Source: an uncultured Candidatus Saccharibacteria bacterium | Lineage (GTDB): Bacteria; Patescibacteriota; Saccharimonadia; Saccharimonadales; Saccharimonadaceae | NCBI GenBank assembly: GCA_964538665.1 | Contig: CAZIEB010000001.1 | Span: forward strand, 7,031-71,030 | DNA length: 64,000 bases | Reading direction: 5' to 3' | Shown here: positions 35,492-43,043 of the stretch, piece after piece | Numbering within the stretch: position 1 is the stretch's first letter | Layout: every line of letters begins with the position of its first letter | Position numbers and translations under genes: made by a program | Notes under the pieces: generated by a model | Database searches by the model: none | What the model was told of the DNA's origin: nothing | The model's input: only the letters and a program-made list of their open reading frames with translations

Positions 35492-36993
35492 TATTTCTTC
35501 TCCTTGGCATCAGTCTTTGCGTCGTCTTGGGCGGGTGGCGGTGATGTTTTATCAGCTTCTTTACGGACAGCCGCAAGCGGCGCTGCAGCAAATTGCGACA
35601 GTAGTTCAGCTTCGATTGCATCATAATCTGATTCTTGCGTAACGCGGCCAGCAGCCTCGCGAACGGCTTTTTTGAGACCGACAACGTCTATAGGCCGATC
35701 ATCCTGACTCGACATAATCGTCTCGAGCATGAGCTGCTGCTCAACGAGTGAATGGAGTTCTTCGGGTGGTTGCTGCAGGGCCATGTAGAGATGCTTGCCG
35801 CGGGCTAGATCGAGTCGAGCTTCTTTGCTGAGCTGGCTGGAAAAGTGAGAGAATTCTTCGGCTTGGTGGTATTTTGCGAGTGATTTGAAAAGAGCAGTCG
35901 ATAGTTGCTTTTGACGTTTGTTTTGGGCTTGACCACCGACGCGTGACACCGACAAACCGGCGTTGACGGCTGGACGAACACCTTTGCGGAAAAAACCAAG
36001 ATCGAAGATGATCTGCCCGTCTGTAATCGACATGATGTTGGTCGAAAGATATGCCGTAATATCGTCGTTTGGCGTTAGGACGACCGGGAGGCTTGTCAGT
36101 GTCTTGTCATTCGAGAGTAGTCGCCCAGCTCGCTCTAATAGGCTTGAATGGGTGTAGAAAATATCACCAGGGTAGCTATCTCGGCCTGGGTCTACTTCCT
36201 GAAGCAGTGATAATTGTCGATAGGCTTCAGCGTGTGAGCTGAGATCGTCATAAATGATAATGACATCTCGGCCGCTGTACCATAGGTTTTCCGCCATGGC
36301 GCAGGCTGCATAGGGCGCAAGGTAGCTCTGCGTCAGTGAATCGAAGATGTTGGCAAAGACAACGATAGTGCTTTTCATCGCGCCTGATGATTTGAGGCCG
36401 GCAAGCAATCGTTCGACATCAACTTTACGTTTGCCGATAAGTACGTATACGACGAGTCGGTCTGTCTCTTGTTGGTTTGCGCTTAGCTGAGACAAAAATG
36501 TACTTTTTCCTGATTTGCTATCACCAAGAATTGCGATACGTTGCCCAAGGACTATCGGGAAGAAACTATCGACTGCAGTCACGCCGCTTTCGAGCTGCTG
36601 GTCGAGCACTTTTCTGTCCATAATGCCCGGTGCGGCTGAAAAAATGCCAGATGACTGTGCGGTTTGGACAGGCCCGGCGCCATCAAGCGGTGTCCCCATT
36701 GGGCTAATCACGCGTCCGACAAGTTCGGGACCGACCGGTACTTGGAGCATGTCGTGCTGCACCACGGCGAGCGTGCCGATTGGCAAAATTTCAGAGTCGA
36801 TATTGTACAGAATGACTTTGTCGCCGTAGGTCTCACGTACGATACCTCGTTGGCCATCTTCGAACAACACTTGCGCTCCGATTTTTACGCCATGGAGGCC
36901 TTTGACCTCAACAATAAATCGATTGACCGCAACGACTTGGCCTGTCAGATTGTCAGACTCAACCAACGACTGGAACTGTGCGGTATCAAACAC
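35491..36993 (-). CDS. atpA: F1 ATPase alpha subunit (divergent) with a Lys/Ala/Pro-rich C-terminal tail
   Basis: GDSKSGKST P-loop, IIIYDDLSSHAEAYRQLSLL and PGDIFYTHSSLLERAG. Preferred start is GTG 36993 (GGAGG 9 nt upstream, overlapping the atpH stop). The track start is TTG 37011. Confidence 0.85.
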
Positions 36994-37474
36994 GACGAAG
37001 TACCTCCGCAAACTCGTAGCGGTTTGTCAGCAGTGCACGTCGAAACGACCAGTCGTATACATGACTACCGTAGCGTATGACCATGCCGCCAAGCAGTGTT
37101 GCGTTGAAGCGAAAATCTATCAATGTTGCATCGTGTAGCTCTTTTCGGCACCATTTTGCAATTGTTTGTTGCAGTTGGCGTGAGGGCGGGGCGGCGAGCG
37201 TGACGGTCATAGTCGGGGAAGTCTGCCTGAGACTCCGGACATCTTGGAGCAGTTGATCAAGGATTTGGAAACTCAAACGGTTGTTCTCGGCGACCTGCTG
37301 CAATAGAGAAATTGCCGTTTGGCTGAGGCCGGGCATCATCGTGCCTTTTGACAAATGAAGCTCTTGTTTGATCGCATTATGACGAAACCAGTCACCGTAG
37401 GACATCAGCTCCATTTCGAGCTCAGCAATATCGCGCGGAGAGATGATTGTTGCTGGCAGTACGAGTTTAGCCAT
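36986..37474 (-). CDS. atpH: ATPase delta (OSCP) subunit
   Basis: Start ATG 37474 overlaps the atpF stop (ATGGCTAA). The C-terminal LIDFRFNATLLGGMVIRYGSHVYDWSFRRAL matches the delta pattern ...GG..v..g....D.S....L. Confidence 0.7.
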   Translation of the reverse strand: MAKLVLPATIISPRDIAELEMELMSYGDWFRHNAIKQELHLSKGTMMPGLSQTAISLLQQVAENNRLSFQILDQLLQDVRSLRQTSPTMTVTLAAPPSRQLQQTIAKWCRKELHDATLIDFRFNATLLGGMVIRYGSHVYDWSFRRALLTNRYEFAEVLRRV

Positions 37475-38222
37475 TGCCCTGTACCTCGCGCTTGAGTTCT
37501 TCTTTGTGTGTTTCGAGTAGTTCAAGTAGGTATGGTGTTTGTGCACCTAAATCAACATTTGAACCGAGCGCCTCAACGAGAAACGACCCCATCGCATCAC
37601 CGAGTTTGACATCGATTTGGTGCAGTAAAAGCTCACGTTCTTTGGCAATTTCTTCATCCAGCCGGACGTCGAGTGCTTGCTCGCGCTCGGCGATTTTTTG
37701 TGTGAACAGCTCTTGCCGTTGGGTAAGGGTTGTTTGGATTGACTCTAGTGATTTTGACAGAGATGCTTCAAGTCTAGATTGATGCTCGGCGAGTCGTTCG
37801 TTGAGCTCGTCGCGACGAAGCTGCAATTCGTTATCGAGTGACGTTTGACGTGCAGTAATGTGCGAATGACTGCTTGCAGCCTCTGCCTCAATTCGCTTGC
37901 GTATGAGCTCAATATTTCTACGAAATACTATCATTTCGTTCTCGAGAATTTCAGTACCGGCCTCAGCAAGATATCGATTGAGGTTTTTGGCCGTCGTGTT
38001 CATTTCATTTGACATTGCAGCGCTCGACGAATCAAGAGCTTGCAACAGGTGGTCTTTCGCCGCGATAGACAATTCTTGGCGGAGTTCATCGCTCAGGATG
38101 CTGTTTTGGTGTGTGGGTGATTTGTGTCCATGCTCACGTATGTGGCGGGCGGCGATAGAGACAACCACACCGAGCAAGAATACATTTGCCAAGAGGAGAA
38201 GTTGGAGTATATCTGGTCCCAT
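37467..38222 (-). CDS. atpF: ATPase peripheral-stalk subunit b, unusually long (251 aa)
   Basis: Single N-terminal TM (LQLLLLANVFLLGVVVSIAA), then about 210 aa of charged coiled-coil. Located directly upstream of atpH. Confidence 0.65.
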   Translation of the reverse strand: MGPDILQLLLLANVFLLGVVVSIAARHIREHGHKSPTHQNSILSDELRQELSIAAKDHLLQALDSSSAAMSNEMNTTAKNLNRYLAEAGTEILENEMIVFRRNIELIRKRIEAEAASSHSHITARQTSLDNELQLRRDELNERLAEHQSRLEASLSKSLESIQTTLTQRQELFTQKIAEREQALDVRLDEEIAKERELLLHQIDVKLGDAMGSFLVEALGSNVDLGAQTPYLLELLETHKEELKREVQGNG

Positions 38223-38223
38223 C

Positions 38224-39045
38224 TTATAACCTCGTCAATACAAAATAAATTATGACCAGACTCACCGCCAGTATTGCGATTACAAGCGCCGACATCTGCA
38301 CAAGTCCACGATAAATTGCTGACTGACTCATAGGATTTCGACCGACAGATATGATGCTGTGACGAATCATCGAGTAGATAATACTGACGACAACGATGAG
38401 CGTGATGATAAATATCGCGGCACTGATGAGTATAGGCAACGTGCTGACTTCTCTGCCGGCAAAGGCATTCGCAACGTTTTGGATGGCAGCCGGCACGATT
38501 GTTTTTTCAGGCTCCTGGAAGAAGTAGGCGACACCTACAAGGAGCGGTACTTGGCCGAGCTGGACTTCCTTTTCCTGGCCATCGCGGTCTTTGACAGTTT
38601 GGGATTGGATGCGATCGAGTTCGCCCTGTGCGATACCGATGACTCGTACATTTGACGTTGCCTTCATACCGACACCGGGTATCGGAGATGCGGTGATGTG
38701 GTCGCCGCGCTTGATCTCACCGTTGATATCTGACGCCATTACCGGTACTGTGCCCGACGTTGCGACTTGGACTTCTTTCTCGCCACCGTTAGAAATAGAG
38801 AGGAGTGAGCTATCTCCGGTCACGACAACCCCAAATATAGACTCGATATTTTGTGAGTTTGCGACTTCAACCGTATCTGCCGTATCTTTTTTGAGACTGA
38901 CAATTGAGCCTATTGAGGGTTTATCTGTTTCGTAGGTATACCCTTCGGTGAGAGGGCTGAGTGCAAGCATGGTTGGAGCAATGACAAGCCCCCCTAGGAC
39001 GCTCGCTACAACCAAAATATGCCGTTTGTTCCATGCCCACATCAC
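38224..39045 (-). CDS. First gene of the atp operon: TM, beta-rich ectodomain and a C-terminal c-subunit-like helical hairpin lacking the ion-binding carboxylate
   Basis: 1-nt gap to atpF. GTG 39045 or ATG 39042. C-terminal ...SIIYSMIRHSIISVGRNPMSQSAIYRGLVQMSALVIAILAVSLVIIYFVL has a G-R-N-P loop between two TM helices. Confidence 0.6.
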   Translation of the reverse strand: MMWAWNKRHILVVASVLGGLVIAPTMLALSPLTEGYTYETDKPSIGSIVSLKKDTADTVEVANSQNIESIFGVVVTGDSSLLSISNGGEKEVQVATSGTVPVMASDINGEIKRGDHITASPIPGVGMKATSNVRVIGIAQGELDRIQSQTVKDRDGQEKEVQLGQVPLLVGVAYFFQEPEKTIVPAAIQNVANAFAGREVSTLPILISAAIFIITLIVVVSIIYSMIRHSIISVGRNPMSQSAIYRGLVQMSALVIAILAVSLVIIYFVLTRL

Positions 39046-39055
39046 GATTACGTTT

Positions 39056-39061
39056 ATTATA
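39056..39061 (-). promoter_or_regulatory. -10 box TATAAT for the atp operon
   Basis: Reverse complement of attata. It lies 10 nt upstream of GTG 39045 and 13 nt upstream of ATG 39042. Confidence 0.4.
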
Positions 39062-39122
39062 ACAGAGGCACGTGGTGGCGGCTATCACAATATACGAAGG
39101 CGAGCTAGAGAGGGGCACTCTC

Positions 39123-39353
39123 TTATGCGCGTCGAAGCGTCGGACGGTTTGCATAGGCGCCCAAATGCACACTTGAGGTCACAGCGACTGATGAAATGAG
39201 TATCGTCTGTATGTGTTCAAGCAGCACAGGAGTAGGACCTAGCACAGGGTGATCAAGTGCAAATCCTCCAAGAAGACTGACCACAAAGCTTGCAGCATAC
39301 AGTGATACGCCAATATAGCTGACTAAGATAGTTTGTTTTACGAATGTCCACAT
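39123..39353 (-). CDS. Small two-TM protein, possibly AtpZ/AtpI-like
   Basis: 76 aa. LLGGFALDHPVLGPTPVLL resembles the G..LD..LGT.P loop of ATPase_gene1-type proteins. This is a weak call. A hairpin agagag-gggca-ctctct overlaps its stop. Confidence 0.3.
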   Translation of the reverse strand: MWTFVKQTILVSYIGVSLYAASFVVSLLGGFALDHPVLGPTPVLLEHIQTILISSVAVTSSVHLGAYANRPTLRRA

Positions 39354-39375
39354 TTTTGTACCCTCCTTTTTACGA

Positions 39376-39633
39376 TTATGTACTTATACGAACAGTTCTA
39401 TACATCCACAAGAAAATTACTGATCCCAGTACGGCGATAGCGAGACTTTGAACGTCTATGCCGGCCATATTATTGCCGTGGCCAAACGCACTCACGATAT
39501 AGCCACCCATAATCGCACCAATGATGCCGATGACGATGTGGGGTAGTGCGCCTTGACGAATCGGGACGTTATCGAGTATCATCGCAATCCAACCCACAAG
39601 GGCTCCGAAGATGATCCAGACGATTGTACTCAT
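39376..39633 (-). CDS. GlsB/YeaQ/YmgE family (transglycosylase-associated) membrane protein
   Basis: 85 aa. IIFGALVGWIA...IIGAIMGGYI... is the typical glycine-zipper three-TM pattern. Confidence 0.75.
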   Translation of the reverse strand: MSTIVWIIFGALVGWIAMILDNVPIRQGALPHIVIGIIGAIMGGYIVSAFGHGNNMAGIDVQSLAIAVLGSVIFLWMYRTVRIST

Positions 39634-39779
39634 TATTTCTCCTTCTACGTGGTGTTACGTGGTGGTGAGTACTATGGTAGCGGTATCCCGTGCGTACAGA
39701 TATGGTGCACCACACATTGCAAATGTGACCTAGATTACATTTGACTCTTAACTTCTTTGGTAAAATTGACATTGTTGTT

Positions 39780-41561
39780 ATGAAAAAAACATTTCGAGAG
39801 CTTCTGGATGAAGGTTCACGCTTCATAAAAGTACCGATGATTGTCGGTGCATTGGTGATTGCAGCTGGCGTACTAGCAACATACGCGTTTGCTGACTTCT
39901 TGGCGACCAGAGCAGCTGATGATTTCCAGCAGTCTACCGAAGAACAAATCACAATTTTTGCGGGAAACATCGAAGCTCGGACGACCGAGTTTGAGCAAAT
40001 TCTTTTGCTACTTGCTGCGTATAGGAGGTCGATGCCTGAGGTGTCACAAGCGAGTTGGTCGGGTTTTATCGATGAGAGCCAAGTCATCGCCCGGCATCCT
40101 TTTATACTCGGGATTGGGTATGTTGATGCAGTGCCGCCGGACCAACTGCAGCAATACATCCAGAATCGTCAAGAAACACGACCGGGATTTCAAATTACCC
40201 CTGAAGGCCAACGTGACTTTTATACCGCAATTCGCTACTTAGAGCCGGCCAATGAGGTCAATGAACGAGCAATTGGGTTTGATATGTTTTCTGAGAGCAC
40301 TCGTCGACAAGCCATGGCAAAAGCTCGAGATGAAGCAAAGGCAAGCATGACAACTCCAGTTGAACTTGTTCAAGACGAGGGTGACGCCAATCAACAAGGG
40401 GTATTGGTGTATTATCCAATCTACGCGGCACCAACATCACCAGAGTCTATACCAGAGCGGCGTGAACAATTGCGTGGGTTCACCTATATCGTGTTTCGGC
40501 CGAGTGATCTCATTCGGTATATAGAGCAGACAGAAGGGAGTGATCAGCTGAGGTCGTCTTCTTTTGTCGTAAGCGATACGTCGACGGGTAAGATTATGGC
40601 AAATCAAGTCTATACGCCTGCGGCGCGTGAGACTCAGTACGATGCGGCGCGCCAATCAACGATTATCGACAAGCAGTGGAGTGTTGCACTGTCGTTGTAT
40701 CAGCCGGCGCTGCAACGATTTACAGCGCCTGGGGTCACCTTTTTGCTCGGTATTGCAACGAGTTTTGCGATAGGTGGAAGTGTCGCCTATCTCATGACGC
40801 GGCGGCTTATACGCCTCGATGCACAGCATCAAACAGAGCTACAGCGCACCAAGGATGAGTTACTCGCACTGACATCTCATCAGTTGCGGACTCCAGCAAG
40901 TGGCGTCAAACAATATATCGGGATGCTGCTCCAAGGCTTTGTGGGACAGCTCTCACCGGAGCAGGAAATCATTGCCAAAAAAGCCTTTGCGGCGAATGAA
41001 CGTCAACTCGAAACCATCAACCAGCTCCTCCATGTTGCCAAAGCTGATGCAGACCAGTTGGTGCTCCAAAAAGAGGTGCTAGACCTCACGCTTCTCACTG
41101 AGCAAGTGATTGATAGCATGCATAATGATGTCGAAGACCATCAAGCCGAAATCATTGTCAAAGCCCCAAAGAAAAAACCGGTATTGGTACATGCCGATGA
41201 GCGATATCTGCGGATGGTACTCGAAAATCTCTTGTCAAACGCGCTCAAGTATTCTGAAAAAGGTACTCCAATTACTGTCACTGTATGCGCCCGTAAAGAA
41301 GTTGCACTGCTATCTGTCCGTGATCGTGGAGTCGGTATCGAGGAAGCTGATATCGAAAGGTTATTCAAAAAGTTTTCACGTATTCCAAACGAGTTTTCAA
41401 AAACTGTTGGGGGTTCTGGGCTCGGGTTATTTTTGGCCCAACAAATTATGGTTGCGCATGGCGGAGATATTGAAGTCGACTCAAAACCGGGTCGAGGTAG
41501 TATATTTACCCTCACTCTTCCGACTGCGCCCACATCATTAGTAAACAAGGAGAAAGCATGA
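39780..41561 (+). CDS. Sensor histidine kinase with an extracytoplasmic CHASE domain
   Basis: CHASE-like block GIGYVDAV...YTAIRYLEPANEVNERAIGFDMFSE..RRQAMAKARDE...GVLVYYPIY between two TMs. H-box LTSHQLRTP. N/G boxes LLSNALKYS and GGSGLGLFLA. An alternative TTG start lies at 39741. Confidence 0.85.
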   Translation: MKKTFRELLDEGSRFIKVPMIVGALVIAAGVLATYAFADFLATRAADDFQQSTEEQITIFAGNIEARTTEFEQILLLLAAYRRSMPEVSQASWSGFIDESQVIARHPFILGIGYVDAVPPDQLQQYIQNRQETRPGFQITPEGQRDFYTAIRYLEPANEVNERAIGFDMFSESTRRQAMAKARDEAKASMTTPVELVQDEGDANQQGVLVYYPIYAAPTSPESIPERREQLRGFTYIVFRPSDLIRYIEQTEGSDQLRSSSFVVSDTSTGKIMANQVYTPAARETQYDAARQSTIIDKQWSVALSLYQPALQRFTAPGVTFLLGIATSFAIGGSVAYLMTRRLIRLDAQHQTELQRTKDELLALTSHQLRTPASGVKQYIGMLLQGFVGQLSPEQEIIAKKAFAANERQLETINQLLHVAKADADQLVLQKEVLDLTLLTEQVIDSMHNDVEDHQAEIIVKAPKKKPVLVHADERYLRMVLENLLSNALKYSEKGTPITVTVCARKEVALLSVRDRGVGIEEADIERLFKKFSRIPNEFSKTVGGSGLGLFLAQQIMVAHGGDIEVDSKPGRGSIFTLTLPTAPTSLVNKEKA

Positions 41562-41920
41562 AGAAAAAAGTATTAATTATAGAAGACGATCAAGCGCTCA
41601 ACGATGCGTTTGAGCTCGTATTATCAAAAGACTATGAGGTGGATACTGCCTACGACGGCAAAGAAGCCCTCGAGCTGACCGATAAAAAAACGTATGACGT
41701 GATTTTGCTTGATTTATTGATGCCAATTATGGACGGCAAAGCTTTCCTGCGGGCGTTTGACAACAAGCATGAGACACCAATCATTGTGTTTAGCAATCTT
41801 GATGCAAAGAGTGATATCGAAGAAGTATCTCAGTTAGGGGCGACTCGCTATATGCTCAAAAGCTGGGCATCGCCAAAGGAATTATTGCGGCTCGTCGAAG
41901 ATACGCTCAGCGGAGCGTGA
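41558..41920 (+). CDS. Stand-alone response-regulator receiver (CheY-like)
   Basis: ATGA overlap with the kinase gene. VLIIEDD...DVILLDLLMPIMDG...FSNL...K. No output domain. Confidence 0.85.
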   Translation: MKKKVLIIEDDQALNDAFELVLSKDYEVDTAYDGKEALELTDKKTYDVILLDLLMPIMDGKAFLRAFDNKHETPIIVFSNLDAKSDIEEVSQLGATRYMLKSWASPKELLRLVEDTLSGA

Positions 41921-42536
41921 TTTCTGGAGCTTGGTCATCACTAATAATTGCGTTGAGTCTTGGCACATGGACAATATAGAATTTTTCTTTTACGAGGATT
42001 ACACCTTCATCTTTGAGTTTGCCGATTTCGATGCTCATTGTCTCGCGGCTTGCGCTACATAGTCTGGCGATATCCTGTTGGGTTAGCTTGATGGCAATTT
42101 TTACCCTCGCAGCATCGATACCTTTTTCTCCGTATCGCAGCGCGAGATACCGCAGTGTCGTTGCCAGTTTTGCTCGAGCGCTCGTTTGGGTCAGTGAGCT
42201 GATATGGAGCAAAGCTGCAACATACCGCGAGGCAAATCGCTGAAGTTCTTCGGGCCCTGTCTGTGCAAGAAATTCACGAAAATCACCACTGTTCATGACG
42301 TCGACCTCAGTCTCTGCCGCTGTTTCGTAGTAAAACAGCGTGACGGGTGCAATATCGAAAGATGATGCGACAGGGAAGAGATCATCCGGTCCAAAATACG
42401 CGACGGTTGCTTCTTCGCCGTTGTCATGGATGATATACGCACGCACTAGGCCTTTTTTGACACGATAGGTCTGCAGGGCTGCCTCGCCTTGATAAAATAT
42501 AATCTGTTTTGGTCGCAGTGTACGTTGCATGATCAT
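41907..42536 (-). CDS. Crp/Fnr family transcriptional regulator
   Basis: cNMP-binding beta-roll (IIFYQGEAA...YRVKKGLVRAY) and a C-terminal HTH (LTQQDIARLCSASRETMSIEIGKLKDEGVI). TATACT lies 6 nt upstream of the ATG. Confidence 0.8.
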   Translation of the reverse strand: MIMQRTLRPKQIIFYQGEAALQTYRVKKGLVRAYIIHDNGEEATVAYFGPDDLFPVASSFDIAPVTLFYYETAAETEVDVMNSGDFREFLAQTGPEELQRFASRYVAALLHISSLTQTSARAKLATTLRYLALRYGEKGIDAARVKIAIKLTQQDIARLCSASRETMSIEIGKLKDEGVILVKEKFYIVHVPRLNAIISDDQAPEITLR

Positions 42537-42548
42537 AGCGGTAGTATA

Positions 42549-42986
42549 TCAGTTTGAGACGAGCTTCGGTACCATGGCTATCTGCGGAAATTCAGTCTCG
42601 AGCCATCTCGTCAAATCCTCGATACTGTCATAGCGAGTGGCGGCATCAGCCATAGACGGTAAATAGGTGCCTGATACGGTCGATCGAGTTGCTACTATGA
42701 CGTGTATACTCTTGGCGATGCAATACCCCACCTCCATCAGCATGCCCTCGCTTCTTTCCGGGCTATCTTGTAAGACCAGCAGTACATCGACGGTGTCGAT
42801 GAGTCGAAGGGCCTGAGCCATCATATCTATAGGGGGAGCGGTAGTTCCTAGCGTGTTGTGTTCGTCAAAAAATGTACAGATAACTTGATGGCCCTTTTTC
42901 TTGAGGGTGGACACAATAGGGTCAAGCAGTTGCGATAACTTTCTTGGATCTTCACCAGTGTGGCGGTAGGACAAAAAACACTTCAT
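42549..42986 (-). CDS. Nucleoside 2-deoxyribosyltransferase-like fold protein
   Basis: MKCFLSY... then SEGMLMEVGYCIAKSIHVIV resembles the D/S-x-G-t-x-x-E-l-G-y-A motif of this superfamily. Confidence 0.4.
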   Translation of the reverse strand: MKCFLSYRHTGEDPRKLSQLLDPIVSTLKKKGHQVICTFFDEHNTLGTTAPPIDMMAQALRLIDTVDVLLVLQDSPERSEGMLMEVGYCIAKSIHVIVATRSTVSGTYLPSMADAATRYDSIEDLTRWLETEFPQIAMVPKLVSN

Positions 42987-43028
42987 CAGTGGTAGTATAC
43001 GCTAGTTGCAAGGAGATTACGAAAAACT

Positions 43029-43037
43029 TGCTAGAAT
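43029..43037 (+). promoter_or_regulatory. Extended -10 TGcTAGAAT, 6 nt upstream of the PBP1A ATG
   Basis: Read directly. A divergent partner TATACT (42994-42999, minus strand) lies 7 nt upstream of ATG 42986. Confidence 0.45.
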
Positions 43038-43043
43038 AGATGT

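Noticed and set aside
39569-40159. 196-aa minus-strand ORF overlapping the start of the histidine kinase gene
   Set aside because: It is antisense to a CHASE domain with clear family motifs. Its product is Cys/Ser/Arg-rich with no recognisable features.
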